From assembly GCA_963755915.1 (NCBI GenBank), contig CAVWLP010000002.1:3552001-3616000 (forward strand): a stretch of 64,000 bases of DNA, written 5' to 3'. How positions within the stretch are numbered: position 1 is the first letter of the stretch; each line of letters begins with the position of its first letter. The notes under the pieces are model-generated. The model was not told the DNA's origin. It saw only the letters and a list, made by a program, of their open reading frames with translations, and made no database searches. The translations under genes and the position numbers were made by a program. Of this stretch, positions 1-10,055 are shown piece after piece. Source of the DNA: an uncultured Phycisphaerales bacterium (GTDB lineage: Bacteria > Planctomycetota > Phycisphaerae > Tepidisphaerales > Tepidisphaeraceae).

Positions 1-242
1 TCAACTTGTACGCCAAGGGTATCGGCAAGCAAAAGAAGCTGCTCATTGTTCGGACTTGAAAGCCCGGCCTCCCATTTGCCGATCAGCGGCTGACTCACCT
101 TGATTGTTTCTGCTAGATTGGATTGGGACAGCGCCCGAGCCTCGCGAGCGGTCACGAGCATATCCGGATTGAATCTATCGCCTACGAAAGTGTCCTTTCT
201 GGCGCGCACTATTCCTAATGAGCGGCGTTGCCTATCTTCCAT
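1..242 (-). CDS. XRE-family HTH protein, N-terminus typical of HTH-ImmA/IrrE Zn-peptidase fusions (partial, runs off window; 1-nt frameshift near 52)
   Basis: Manual translation from ATG at 242 (RBS GAGG upstream): MEDRQRR...FNPDMLVTAREARALSQSNLAETIKVSQPLIGKWEAG, then after a shift NNEQLLLLADTLGV. The peptidase half is not visible. Confidence 0.7.
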   Translation of the reverse strand, partial: MEDRQRRSLGIVRARKDTFVGDRFNPDMLVTAREARALSQSNLAETIKVSQPLIGKWEAGLSSPNNEQLLLLADTLGVQV

Positions 243-254
243 GATTCCTCTGCC

Positions 255-905
255 TTACGCGGATCGCGCTATCCTCATCTCATTGATCCGATCGGCCAAG
301 AGGGTCGGCAAACTTGCAATTATCTGGCCATCCGCTGGCATCAGCGGATATCTCCAAAGCCATCGCCTACGGGTTGTAACTCCGATTACTGATTTTGTCA
401 CCTGCTCTTCAACGTCGTCAAGGTCGAACCCAACCGTAACCCAAAGGCGATCCTCCATCTCTATCGCTGGCATTTCCGGGAAGGGCATACGAAGCTGACC
501 AATCGACCAGGTTGGCGCGTTGATGTGCTTCTGTCTGTCGGTCCCGTAACTCGAAGGCATGCCACGTCGGTTTGCCCTCGTCCGTTTGATACGAAAAGCA
601 AGGTAGGGGTCAAGGGTGATTTCTGTGGACTTCGTATTTGAGTGAATCGTGTACCGCAGCGTCGGCAATGCCGGCGAGATTGCGCTGATCAAATCGCGGG
701 CGGCACTGGCGATTCGATCATAGAGCATATTCGATTTTGTGATCGGGCCGTAGTCGGGGAAACCAGAAGGGTCGAGAGATCGACTGATCTTGTATCGGTG
801 AAACCCTTCGTCAACGGATTCGCGAAGCAGGCTCGGGACAACTGCCCCAATCGCCTCCATGATCGCCGCGTCTTCATCCTTTCCAAACGGTATTTTCATG
901 GACAC
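255..905 (-). CDS. hypothetical protein, candidate toxin partner of the downstream XRE(-ImmA) gene
   Basis: 216 aa ORF ending 12 nt before the XRE start; no recognisable motif. Confidence 0.6.
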   Translation of the reverse strand: MSMKIPFGKDEDAAIMEAIGAVVPSLLRESVDEGFHRYKISRSLDPSGFPDYGPITKSNMLYDRIASAARDLISAISPALPTLRYTIHSNTKSTEITLDPYLAFRIKRTRANRRGMPSSYGTDRQKHINAPTWSIGQLRMPFPEMPAIEMEDRLWVTVGFDLDDVEEQVTKSVIGVTTRRRWLWRYPLMPADGQIIASLPTLLADRINEMRIARSA

Positions 906-977
906 CCACTATAGACAAATGGAGGGGGCCGAGTCAATAATCTGCGAAATTTTATTACGAATTCTATTACAAAAGGC

Positions 978-1006
978 TTGCAAATGCCTATACGTTCAAG
1001 TATAAG
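978..1006 (+). promoter_or_regulatory. sigma70-type promoter of the transposase, possibly giving a leaderless mRNA
   Basis: TTGCAA(978-983)-17 nt-TATAAG(1001-1006); ATG at 1014 with no RBS. Confidence 0.5.
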
Positions 1007-1013
1007 GGTCAGT

Positions 1014-1838
1014 ATGAACAAGCTAAGCACTGCTGACCGGGTTCGCGTGATTTCGGCTCTGGTGGAAGGATGCTCAATCCGTTCGACCGTGCGGATGACA
1101 GGCGTTGCGAAGAACACCGTCATTAAACTGCTGTTGGAAATCGGCGAGGCGTGCAAGGCTTACCACGAAGAACACGTCTGCCACTTGCTGACCAAGCGCG
1201 TTCAGTGCGACGAAATTTGGGCATTCGTGTACGCGAAGCAAAAGAACGTGCCGGAGCCGATGAAGGGCGAATTCGGCGTTGGCGATGTCTGGACGTGGAC
1301 GGCGCTCGATTCAGAATCCAAACTCATCATCAGCTACATGGTCGGTCTACGCGATGCCGGGTATGCCCACGAATTCATGCGTGACGTTGCGAGCCGATTG
1401 GCTCGCAAGGTGCAATTAACCACCGATGGATTGAGCGTGTACCTTGACGCAGTGGACGATGCTTTTGGCGGGGATATTGACTACGCCCAACTCATCAAGA
1501 TTTACGGCGCTGATAAGTCTGGCCCAGGCCGATACAGCCCTCCCGAAGTTACTGGCATTCGGCAAGAAGAGGTCTGTGGATCGCCCGAACCCCGCCATAT
1601 CTGCACCAGCCACGTCGAACGGCAGAATCTGACGATGCGGATGTCGATGCGGCGATTTACGCGGCTGACGAACGCTTTCAGCAAAAAGGTTGAGAACCAC
1701 GCGGCGCAAATTGCCCTGCACTTCATGCACTACAACTACTGCCGGATTCACCAGACGCTTCGCGTTACGCCGGCGATGCAAGCTGGGCTGGCCGATCATG
1801 TTTGGGAGATTGAGGAATTGGTGGCGCTGATCGACTGA
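1014..1838 (+). CDS. IS1-family DDE transposase
   Basis: N-terminal HTH ([21 protein letters not shown]), [44 protein letters not shown]. Confidence 0.9.
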   Translation: MNKLSTADRVRVISALVEGCSIRSTVRMTGVAKNTVIKLLLEIGEACKAYHEEHVCHLLTKRVQCDEIWAFVYAKQKNVPEPMKGEFGVGDVWTWTALDSESKLIISYMVGLRDAGYAHEFMRDVASRLARKVQLTTDGLSVYLDAVDDAFGGDIDYAQLIKIYGADKSGPGRYSPPEVTGIRQEEVCGSPEPRHICTSHVERQNLTMRMSMRRFTRLTNAFSKKVENHAAQIALHFMHYNYCRIHQTLRVTPAMQAGLADHVWEIEELVALID

Positions 1839-1859
1839 GGCCAGGTATAATCCTGGTGG

Positions 1860-2393
1860 ATGAAACAGGCTTGGCGATGGCTGTTCAGCGCACTGGCCGC
1901 ACTTTCGCTCGCGATGTTACTGATCACGGCGTTTTTGTGGAGCGTCCAGTCGCACCACCGGATCAACTTCGGATTGTTCGGCCATCCGATTGAGGTCTGG
2001 ATCGGTCCTCGGACCTACGGCGTGGTGGTGCGCATCTACGCGACGGGAACAGTGATGATGCCGTGGCATTACGTTGGGCCCTCGGTTACAGGAGTTGACA
2101 CTGGTTCCTCCAGTCAGCTTCACTTCGGAATGTGCTGGGGCGCGGGGTACCAAATTAGCAACTTAACCGCGAATAGTCCGAACCCAGCGGCGGCCCAAAC
2201 CTGGCGCCAACTTCAACTATCCTTTCTTTATCCCTTCACCCTGCTCGCGTTGGCGGCCGGTCTCTTCGGGTATCTAAGCATCAAGATGCGCCGAGCAGCG
2301 CCTCTGGGACATTGCGTCAGATGCGGCTACGACCTCCGCGCCACGCCTGGCCGTTGCCCGGAATGCGGAAAAATCGTCGAAAAAACTATTTAA
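1860..2393 (+). CDS. membrane protein with C-terminal CxxC-GYDLRATP-CPECG zinc ribbon (IS passenger)
   Basis: Two hydrophobic segments and HCVRCGYDLRATPGRCPECG; lies inside the IS right end. Confidence 0.75.
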   Translation: MKQAWRWLFSALAALSLAMLLITAFLWSVQSHHRINFGLFGHPIEVWIGPRTYGVVVRIYATGTVMMPWHYVGPSVTGVDTGSSSQLHFGMCWGAGYQISNLTANSPNPAAAQTWRQLQLSFLYPFTLLALAAGLFGYLSIKMRRAAPLGHCVRCGYDLRATPGRCPECGKIVEKTI

Positions 2394-2413
2394 TTTCAAA
2401 CTGACCCACTACC
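2392..2413. mobile_element. right terminus of the IS1-family element (left end probably outside window)
   Basis: AATTTCAAACTGACCCACTACC, reverse complement GGTAGTGGGTCAGTTTGAAATT, matching the GGTA-type IS1 end. Confidence 0.65.
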
Positions 2414-2465
2414 CGAAATCGAGCAAACTTGACAACGGAAATGGCGTTTTCACGCGGTGCCCCGT

Positions 2466-2783
2466 TCAATTCGTTGACCATTCCGCTCTGTCATTCGTCC
2501 ATCGCACATCCGGGTACTTGAAGGTTAATTTCTTGCGGAGTTCGCTTAACGGCGGGAATCGATGGCCGTTACCCGACGCACTTCGCCATGTTTTGCAGCC
2601 GTGATCGGCACACAGGCGGGCAAGAGCTTTGTCAGTGTATAAGTCTAATCCGCCGAAACTGCGGAGATAGAAATACAGCCCATGCGAGTAACAACGGTCC
2701 GGGTGCTTTGCCGATTCCAATGCAGGTAAAACGCCACGGTCGGCAAGCTGTACAAACGCCTCACGTGTGGGATTTGTTTCCAT
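2466..2783 (-). CDS. hypothetical protein resembling the C-terminal domain of phage primase-helicases
   Basis: GHRFPPLSELRKKL...W...EW ending; same orientation as the primase. Confidence 0.45.
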   Translation of the reverse strand: METNPTREAFVQLADRGVLPALESAKHPDRCYSHGLYFYLRSFGGLDLYTDKALARLCADHGCKTWRSASGNGHRFPPLSELRKKLTFKYPDVRWTNDRAEWSTN

Positions 2784-2830
2784 CGCCGGGCGTAGTTCGC
2801 GAGCGTCATACGGAATTTCGCCACTGAAAA

Positions 2831-3490
2831 TTATTTCGTTGGGCGCGGGAGAAATGACCAGTGACCATCACCTTCAGGCGTTACTTCCAATTCAAGAGCC
2901 AAGCCGCGTCGTATATGTTGGTATTCGTCCGGTGAGCAAACGGCCAAACTTGGCGCATCTGCGTTCTTAGACATTTGCGTATCGTGATAAATTGCGAAGT
3001 GCCAATACGGTTCAAGCCAGCGGCCGCGCTTCACGATGTAAGTTGGGACGGCTCGGAAGTTTTTCAAGGTTTCCGGCACATCAGGCGTGTACGGGATTCT
3101 CAGCGCCAGCCCGAACCAAGCCGTGATGATCAACGCGCATATCTTGCCGCCACGAATCCTATCAGGGAGCAACGTGTAGCACGTGGCGATCTCCAACGTC
3201 GTAGCTTCATGCGTCGCGCAGAATTTGCGGATTGCGTTCGCGTTTTCACGCCCTTGTGTTTCGTAGCAGGAAGGCCGGTACACAATAAAATCTTTGTCAG
3301 CTTTGATAATCACGCCACGGGAAGGCCCAAAACCCAGAACAAGATCGGCTTGATAATCCGAGCTGTTTGCGGCGGGGCCGGTAGATGTTGCGTTCACAGT
3401 TCTATCCAAAGAGTTACTCGGCGGGTGGCATGAGGGTATCCCTGAAAATGAATTTCCGACCCTCATTCGTGCGGTCGCTCGTGACTTCAA
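2831..3490 (-). CDS. hypothetical protein (true start probably ~3397)
   Basis: Long ORF directly downstream of the primase. Confidence 0.45.
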   Translation of the reverse strand: MKSRATARMRVGNSFSGIPSCHPPSNSLDRTVNATSTGPAANSSDYQADLVLGFGPSRGVIIKADKDFIVYRPSCYETQGRENANAIRKFCATHEATTLEIATCYTLLPDRIRGGKICALIITAWFGLALRIPYTPDVPETLKNFRAVPTYIVKRGRWLEPYWHFAIYHDTQMSKNADAPSLAVCSPDEYQHIRRGLALELEVTPEGDGHWSFLPRPTK

Positions 3491-5918
3491 TTCCCACCGA
3501 CTTTAATGCTGGAATTACGCGATTGATTGCATTTGCTAACGCACTGGCCGAGCCAGGGCATTGTTGTCGCGGTACGTCGGCAATTAATGGCGGCAAGTGT
3601 GTCAGAAGTTTTGCGCACAGTCCTTGCCACTCTCGAAGCGGTTCTTTGCCGCCCCTCAAGAGTTTGATGAGAGCTTGAGCGACGGGCGATGCTTCCAAGG
3701 CCAACGATGCGGCTTCGTTTAGGTTGTCTTTGTACGCTTGCATGAAACCGCCCGCTTTCCACGGCAGCGCCGGTTCGGCGGCTACAACCCACTTTGCAAA
3801 GTCGGCCATACGCGGCAGGTCTCTAATTGTCACAGTTGGTAAATTCTTCAAGGCGCACGATACGGCATCTAGCAACGCACCAAGAATACGAGGGCGGGCC
3901 TTTTCAAACTCACCCTCAATCTCTTCTTTGGTTTTGCGCGCACCATTTGGAACAGGGGCGACTTTCAAGATCAAACAACGATCCAAGAAATCTGCTCGTG
4001 TGCTGGCGTCGGAAATACCGTTGAGAACAATCATCCGCGAAGCCCGCATTATTTTTTCGTCATCATCGGCGTAAAGCTCTCGTTCGGCCTGTCCAGCGCC
4101 GGTGGAAATTCGGCACATGCCGTCTGCCATTTCAGCCGAAATGCTCGACACATTATCGAAGCCCAACATCCAATTATTCTGCGCCGAAATCATCAGCCCG
4201 CGTAACTCTTTAGGTATTGATCGCAGTAATGCTTCATTCGGATCGATACACGCCCGGAAGAATTCGCAGCTACTACTCTTGAACGCTCCGTGCAATCCGG
4301 TGACACAGACGATCGGATAGGGGCCCGTCGGGCTGAACGCCATTACGAGCGCGGAGACAAGTAGGCGAAATGTTCCATCGTTCTTGATGTCTTTTGGTGG
4401 AATCGGTGTGTTGATAAACGGACGCAACTCCTCGACGCTCCCGCCGCGCACCGGCAAAGGCAGGGCTTTGTATCCCGATTTTCGCACAAATCGGACGGGC
4501 GGATCACCTTCAAGAATTTTCCACCCATCAGCAGATATTTCAATTACCCGGTGATGTTCATCCCCCAGGTCCAGATATATTTTCCTCTCATACGGTCCGA
4601 TTCGCACAAAGACTTTGTGTGATTCGCCCTCATACTTCGCCGCGCCCTTCAGGACGTTGAGCGCATCGGCTAAGGCTTGTGCGCCGGGGACTATTTGGAA
4701 ATGGCGGTGATAGCGACGTGATAACCATTCACGAAAAGTTTTGCTCTTGAGTTGACACGTTTCCGAACCCCGTTCTGTTTTAAATTTCGCATACTCGCTG
4801 TCCCCACTGTGGAAAAGTTCAACCCCTTCTTTCGCTGCGAGTTCAACTAGGAATTCGGCTTGGGACCGTTTTTCCGGCGACGGAGTATAGACTTTTGTCG
4901 TCGCGGCGATGGCGTTCGCGATTGTGTTTTGACCATAGGTCTTCTCGCCGTGCTGTTCATCCCACTTGGCGCGCATTCGTTTTGTTCCGCGAAATATCCA
5001 ATCCATTTGCCCGGCATTTTTGCCGGTCCAGAATGCGAGCATTTTGCCGAACTCAAAATCACCGCCGGACTTTGATTTGTCTTTTTTCAATACGCTGTCA
5101 TCGCCGTTCATCAGAGCAATGAACTTTGGGCCGTTGCGCGCATTGCTCGCCAACTCAATGAGTCGTTCATCTTCGATTAACTGTGTACGCGGTGCCGCCG
5201 TTTCATGGGGTGTGGGTGGAGGTTCAAAGAACTTAGGGAAGGTCACCGCGACATCCGACGTGCCAATCTCCTCAATGGGTGGACCATACGCATTGCCTGT
5301 CACCGTGAAGAAGCGACCCGTCGTATAAACCTCAATCGCGCCGTCCGCATCACCATCTACTGATAATTTCTTTCGCGTCGGGTGCCGACTACAAACATCA
5401 TGCACCCAAAATTTAAGCCCGTCTCCGGATGGCGAGATTTCCATGTAGGCACCAGCGTTTTGTGTCGCACTGACGATGGGCTTGGCCCAAGCTTTCAAGG
5501 TCCGGTCGGGGTTGAAGCAATGGTCAAGGTCAATCCCCGTGAATTGCCTGCCGTCAAAGACAAAACCAATTCCAACGTAACTCCCACCTGAGAATGCCTC
5601 AATCGCGCCGTCAAAAGTTCCCCACGTTGCGGGATCTGTGCTATCCGCACACTCACCGTTGAATTGAAACAAGAGTTTCCGATGCGAGGGACCGACGTAC
5701 TTCCACACAACCCAATTGTTGAGCGCTCGCATTTCGGCGGGAACACGGGCGAGCCATCTTTTCACCATTGCGGGTTTGGGGTCGGGAAATCGTGGTCCGT
5801 TCGCGAACCGAAGCTTTGGATTCAAAAGCACGTCGATTAACAACGTAGGGGTCGGTTTGATTTCAACCAACTCACTTTCGTCAGTCTCATTCGCGGCCTC
5901 GGCAGAAACGGGGGGCAT
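3414..5918 (-). CDS. NrS-1-like primase-polymerase (AEP) fused to a P-loop ATPase/helicase
   Basis: NWVVWK, GIGFVF, GIDLDHC, EISPSGDG, EVYTTGRFFTVTG, RAKWD; ATPase motifs GLHGAFKS, FDNVS, RELYADDDE, LNGI, DFLDR. Confidence 0.85.
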   Translation of the reverse strand: MPPVSAEAANETDESELVEIKPTPTLLIDVLLNPKLRFANGPRFPDPKPAMVKRWLARVPAEMRALNNWVVWKYVGPSHRKLLFQFNGECADSTDPATWGTFDGAIEAFSGGSYVGIGFVFDGRQFTGIDLDHCFNPDRTLKAWAKPIVSATQNAGAYMEISPSGDGLKFWVHDVCSRHPTRKKLSVDGDADGAIEVYTTGRFFTVTGNAYGPPIEEIGTSDVAVTFPKFFEPPPTPHETAAPRTQLIEDERLIELASNARNGPKFIALMNGDDSVLKKDKSKSGGDFEFGKMLAFWTGKNAGQMDWIFRGTKRMRAKWDEQHGEKTYGQNTIANAIAATTKVYTPSPEKRSQAEFLVELAAKEGVELFHSGDSEYAKFKTERGSETCQLKSKTFREWLSRRYHRHFQIVPGAQALADALNVLKGAAKYEGESHKVFVRIGPYERKIYLDLGDEHHRVIEISADGWKILEGDPPVRFVRKSGYKALPLPVRGGSVEELRPFINTPIPPKDIKNDGTFRLLVSALVMAFSPTGPYPIVCVTGLHGAFKSSSCEFFRACIDPNEALLRSIPKELRGLMISAQNNWMLGFDNVSSISAEMADGMCRISTGAGQAERELYADDDEKIMRASRMIVLNGISDASTRADFLDRCLILKVAPVPNGARKTKEEIEGEFEKARPRILGALLDAVSCALKNLPTVTIRDLPRMADFAKWVVAAEPALPWKAGGFMQAYKDNLNEAASLALEASPVAQALIKLLRGGKEPLREWQGLCAKLLTHLPPLIADVPRQQCPGSASALANAINRVIPALKSVGIEVTSDRTNEGRKFIFRDTLMPPAE

Positions 5919-5960
5919 TGGCTATCTCACATTCTGCGGAACAAAGGTTTCGGCAATGAA

Positions 5961-6194
5961 TTATTTCGCAATCACCGACTGAGGGAATTTGCCAGCGTCA
6001 CGCAAGGCTTGCTCAATCGTTGGCAAGTAATCGAGCGATATGATGCGGCTGCGTCCGTGCAGTGGGCATTTGGCGTTATCGAGAACGCCTGTGTAGAACA
6101 GGTTGACGATTACGCCGGGCTTGACCCCAAAACGATCAGCAACTTGTCGGATCGTGAATATGTCACGCATACGAAAACCTCTCTGATTAGTCAC
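5961..6194 (-). CDS. small HTH (MerR/Xis-like) DNA-binding protein
   Basis: FTIRQVADRFGVKPGVIVNLFYTGVL; upstream of the primase. Confidence 0.65.
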   Translation of the reverse strand: MTNQRGFRMRDIFTIRQVADRFGVKPGVIVNLFYTGVLDNAKCPLHGRSRIISLDYLPTIEQALRDAGKFPQSVIAK

Positions 6195-6372
6195 ATTTGG
6201 CGACCCTCAAAAAGCCCCGCTTTGCCGGGGCGGGGCGAATGTGGATCGGGAAGGACCACAAACACAGTCCTTTCCTTTCAAATCATGGAGAAACACGAAT
6301 CTTGTTGCAGAAAAGTCTTGCGGCGGTCGCGGCAGAGCTATGCTGAAACGTAGATTTGTCGGCGCAATTGTC

Positions 6373-6920
6373 GTGATGGCAGTGACGGCGTGAGTGACGG
6401 CGATCTTTTTCGGGGGAACATCGTGGAGATAAGGACTTACACGCAAATGATGGCAGTGACGGCGTTTTTCGCCGACTTTTTACCAAAGCCGCCGGTACGC
6501 ACCTTCAATCGCTTCGCGCTGACGATCATCCGTCATCCCCCCGACCCATCATTTTCTGGTTCAACCGCCCCCTGGCTCTCTCCCCCTCTTTCTTCTGTAT
6601 CTACTAATTAAATAAGTTGGAAATCGCCGTCACGCCGTCACTTCGGTTGTAACCCCTGTGATTTACGTTACTACGGGGTGACGATGCCGTCGTCATTCGC
6701 CGTCACCGCCGTCACTAAGTTAGGAAGGATGTAGGGGTGAGCGTGATTGTGATTGCTCAAAATTCTTCGTCTTAGGGGGACGAGCGGGGTAGGGGGGTCT
6801 AAATCCAAATCTGCCTCCACATCCCTCACATCCATCATTTTCAACCTAGTCACCGATCAAAAATCGACTCGCTTTTGCGCTCCGCAACCACCAACTGTGC
6901 CAAGGTCGTTTGCCGTCACT
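6373..6920. repeat. GTGACGGC iteron cluster around an AT-rich core, putative replication origin
   Basis: GTGACGGCG at 6382, 6394, 6456; exact 18-mer TGATGGCAGTGACGGCGT at 6374 and 6448; inverse copies GCCGTCAC at ~6626, 6634, 6699, 6708, 6912; AT-rich 6590-6616 between the two sets. Confidence 0.7.
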
Positions 6921-7075
6921 TCATTATGGGCAAATCGGCCTCAATTGAAGCCATTTGTGATAATGCGGTGACTCTGCCGTTTGGTTGAGGCGCGACGATT
7001 GGTATCCGCTCGGCCAAACCCATCTCCGCGCCGCTGAACTGATCTGGCAACATGGGACGCAACCGGGAGGTTCCC

Positions 7076-7429
7076 ATGGAAGCCATGCTCAATGGCAAGG
7101 CAGAAGCCTGGCGCCGGCGCATCGACAATCAGCGGGCCAGCGGACAATCCGTTCGAGCTTGGTGCGAAGCGAACGATGCCCAAGAAGGTTCATTTTACTG
7201 GTGGCGGGCCAGACTCGGTCTGTCCCCCGGCAAGCGGCGACTTCGGCGCCTGTTGAGGCCGGCGGAGGCCAAGCCCACGCCGCTGGCCTTCGCCCAGGTT
7301 CTTGTTCATCCGTCCACCGCCGAGCCGCTTCGCCTTCGGCTTGCCGGCGAACGCGAACTGATTTTGCCGGCGTCGATGCCGCTTGAGCAGGTGGCGAAGT
7401 TGGTTCACGCTATCGAGGCGACGGCATGA
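7076..7429 (+). CDS. tnpA: IS66 accessory protein TnpA
   Basis: WRRRIDNQRASGQSVRAWCE...SFYWWR; GGAGG RBS. Confidence 0.88.
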   Translation: MEAMLNGKAEAWRRRIDNQRASGQSVRAWCEANDAQEGSFYWWRARLGLSPGKRRLRRLLRPAEAKPTPLAFAQVLVHPSTAEPLRLRLAGERELILPASMPLEQVAKLVHAIEATA

Positions 7430-7749
7430 TCGGCGCTGCCGGCGTGCGAATCTGGTTGGCGACGGCGGCGGTGGATGGTCGCAAGGGATTCGACACGTTG
7501 TGCGCGATCGTGCGTCAGGCGCTTGGGCATGATCCGTTGTGCGGGGACTTGTTTGTCTTCCGCAACCGCTCGATGGCGCGGGTGAAAATACTTTTTTGGG
7601 ATGGCAACGGCCTGGTTCTTTACGCGAAGCGTTTGGAGAAGGGAACCTTCCGCTGGCCGCAAGCTGGCGAGTCCTCCATCGCGCTCAGCGGCTCGCAACT
7701 CATTGAACTTCTGGCCGGACGGGAAGTGAAATCGTTGGCACAAAAATAA
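7426..7749 (+). CDS. tnpB: IS66 accessory protein TnpB (Orf2)
   Basis: DGRKGFDTL, LFVFRNR, KILFWDGNGLVLYAKRLEKGTF. Confidence 0.93.
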   Translation: MIGAAGVRIWLATAAVDGRKGFDTLCAIVRQALGHDPLCGDLFVFRNRSMARVKILFWDGNGLVLYAKRLEKGTFRWPQAGESSIALSGSQLIELLAGREVKSLAQK

Positions 7750-7791
7750 TTGCAACATTCCGATGGACAGCGCGTATGATGCGGCAGAGTC

Positions 7792-9402
7792 ATGGACGAC
7801 GCGGCCCTCCTGGAACTTCCTGACGACCCAATCCTGCTCAAGCGTCTGATTGTCGAGCGCGATCGAGCCATCGCGCAACGTGACGAATCGATCCAGTTCC
7901 TGAGCCAGGACAACCAGCTCCTGCGTCATCGCCTGGCGGCGTTGCTGCGAAGCAGCTACGGCCCGCGTGCTGAGCGGTTTGATCCCCGGCAACTGCTGCT
8001 CTTCGGCCTGCTGGTGCCGAGGATTGAATTCCCAGCGACGGGTTCCACCCTGAAGTCCAAGTCGCCCAACCGATCCAAGCATGGCCGCCAAAAACTTCCC
8101 GAACATTTGCCGCGTCTGCCCATTGAACACGACCTGAGTGAATCGGAGAAGGCCTGTCCCTGCTGCGGCGAGACGCGCCAGCGCATCGGCCAGGAGAAAA
8201 GCGAGCAACTGGAGCACCTTCCCTCCAACTTCGTGGTCCTGGAGCACATCCGCCACAAGTACGCCTGCGAGCATTGCAATTCGGGCCGTTGCCAGAAGTG
8301 CGATGGCCAGGCTCACATCGATCTGGCCGCCAAGCCCCAGCAGCCGATTGAAAAGGGCTTGGCCGGTCCGGGACTCCTGGCGTATGTGGTGACCTCAAAA
8401 CTCGCGGATCATTTGCCGCTGCACCGGCTGGAGCAGATTTTCGCCCGCCAGCAGGTCCACATCAGCCGCTCAACGCTGTGTGGCTGGATGGCGGCGGCGG
8501 CCCAGGTGGTCGAACCGTTGTACAAGTTCATGTGCGACCGCGTCCGCCAAAGCGATATCCTGCACACGGACGACACGATTGTTCCGATCCAGCACGAAGG
8601 TCACTGCCGGCAGGGACGGTTGTGGACGTACGTTGGGGATGAACGCCATCCTTATATTGTGTACGACTTCACGCCGACGCGCTCGGGCCAGGGGCCGTTG
8701 GCCTGGCTGGGAACATGGAAGGGCTTTTTGCAGGCCGACGCCTACGCCGGCTACGACAAGTTGTACGCGCGCGGCGACGTGACGGAGGTCGCCTGCTGGG
8801 CTCACGCGCGACGAAAATACTTTGACGCTCAGGAATCCGATCCCGCGCGGGCGTTGTGGATGTTGGAGATGATCCGCCGGTTGTACGCGGTGGAGAGTGA
8901 AGCCGCCGGCCGTGATGCGCCAACGCGCCTGCATCTACGGCAATCGCAGTCCGCGCCGATCCTGGAGCAAATCCACTTGTGGCTAATCGAGCAGCAGGCA
9001 CAAGTGCTGCCCAGGAGTCCGATCGCCCAGGCCATGGGTTACGCGCTGAACCAATGGCCGGCGCTGGTGGTCTACACGACCGATTCGCGACTGAGCATAG
9101 ATAATAACGTGGCGGAACGCGCCTTGCGCCGTGTCGCGATCGGACGAAAAAATTGGTTGTTTTCGGGGCACGACGAGTCCGCCCAGGGCTACGCAATCCT
9201 GTGGTCGCTGATCGCCAGCGCCCAGCGTCACGAGATCGACGTGCAGTTATACCTGCGCAGCGTGCTGGCCCACTTGCCGGGCCTGCCGGCGGAAGAATTG
9301 CAAAACTATCTGCCCGACGCGTGGAAGCGCGACCTGATGGACGTACAGTGGGCGACGCTGAATGCTCATCACGCCAGCCTGGCGCGAGGCACTGTCAAAT
9401 GA
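7792..9402 (+). CDS. tnpC: IS66 DDE transposase TnpC
   Basis: CPCCG zinc finger, DHLPLHR, LHTDDT, LQADAYAGY, ACWAHARRK, IDNNVAERALR, GRKNWLF. Confidence 0.95.
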   Translation: MDDAALLELPDDPILLKRLIVERDRAIAQRDESIQFLSQDNQLLRHRLAALLRSSYGPRAERFDPRQLLLFGLLVPRIEFPATGSTLKSKSPNRSKHGRQKLPEHLPRLPIEHDLSESEKACPCCGETRQRIGQEKSEQLEHLPSNFVVLEHIRHKYACEHCNSGRCQKCDGQAHIDLAAKPQQPIEKGLAGPGLLAYVVTSKLADHLPLHRLEQIFARQQVHISRSTLCGWMAAAAQVVEPLYKFMCDRVRQSDILHTDDTIVPIQHEGHCRQGRLWTYVGDERHPYIVYDFTPTRSGQGPLAWLGTWKGFLQADAYAGYDKLYARGDVTEVACWAHARRKYFDAQESDPARALWMLEMIRRLYAVESEAAGRDAPTRLHLRQSQSAPILEQIHLWLIEQQAQVLPRSPIAQAMGYALNQWPALVVYTTDSRLSIDNNVAERALRRVAIGRKNWLFSGHDESAQGYAILWSLIASAQRHEIDVQLYLRSVLAHLPGLPAEELQNYLPDAWKRDLMDVQWATLNAHHASLARGTVK

Positions 9403-9446
9403 GCATTGTGGCCGGTTGATTCGTTAGGTATCGTTTGTGAGCGACG

Positions 9447-10055
9447 ATGGACCGCGGCGATTGGCAAAACCTGGTGGACCAACTTCGCGGCGCCGAGTAC
9501 CGGTTTGGCCTGCTTACACGCGATACGCCGGTCCATCGGTTACAGTTCGACGCTGGCCTCACTGACGCGGAAATCGCGGCCGCACAGACTCGATTTGGCT
9601 TTCGGTTTCCTCCCGACCTTCGTGCTTTTCTCCAAACCGCCCTCCCGCGTGGCCCAAGGTTCCCTGACTGGCGGTGTGGCGAGGAGCCTGGAATTCAAGA
9701 GTTGCTGGACCTTCCGCGACAGGGGATTCTGTTCGACATCGAGCACAACCAGTTCTGGCTGGAGGAGTGGGGACCACGGCCTCCCTCACTCGATGAGGCG
9801 TGCCGGATCGCCAGCGAATTGGTTGCCGCAGCTCCAAAGTTAATTCCGATATACGGTCATCGGATGATGCCGGATGAGCCGCACCTACCTGGCAACCCGG
9901 TATTTTCGGTCCACCAGACGGACATCATCTACTACGGGTTTGACTTGGCGGACTACTTCCGGCATGAGTTCGACCTGCCGGGCAGGGAGCCGTGGCCGGA
10001 CACGATACGGCCGATCCGGTTCTGGGACATCGGCCGGTTTCAGGAAGTGCGATAG
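9447..10055 (+). CDS. SMI1/KNR4 (SUKH) family protein
   Basis: GLTDAEIAAAQTRFGFRFPPDLR, APKLIPIYGHR, NPVFSVHQTDIIYYG. Confidence 0.8.
   Translation: MDRGDWQNLVDQLRGAEYRFGLLTRDTPVHRLQFDAGLTDAEIAAAQTRFGFRFPPDLRAFLQTALPRGPRFPDWRCGEEPGIQELLDLPRQGILFDIEHNQFWLEEWGPRPPSLDEACRIASELVAAAPKLIPIYGHRMMPDEPHLPGNPVFSVHQTDIIYYGFDLADYFRHEFDLPGREPWPDTIRPIRFWDIGRFQEVR

Noticed and set aside
7426-7749. TnpB as an RNA-guided IS200/IS605 nuclease
   Set aside because: It is the 107 aa IS66 accessory protein with no RuvC motifs; only the name is shared.
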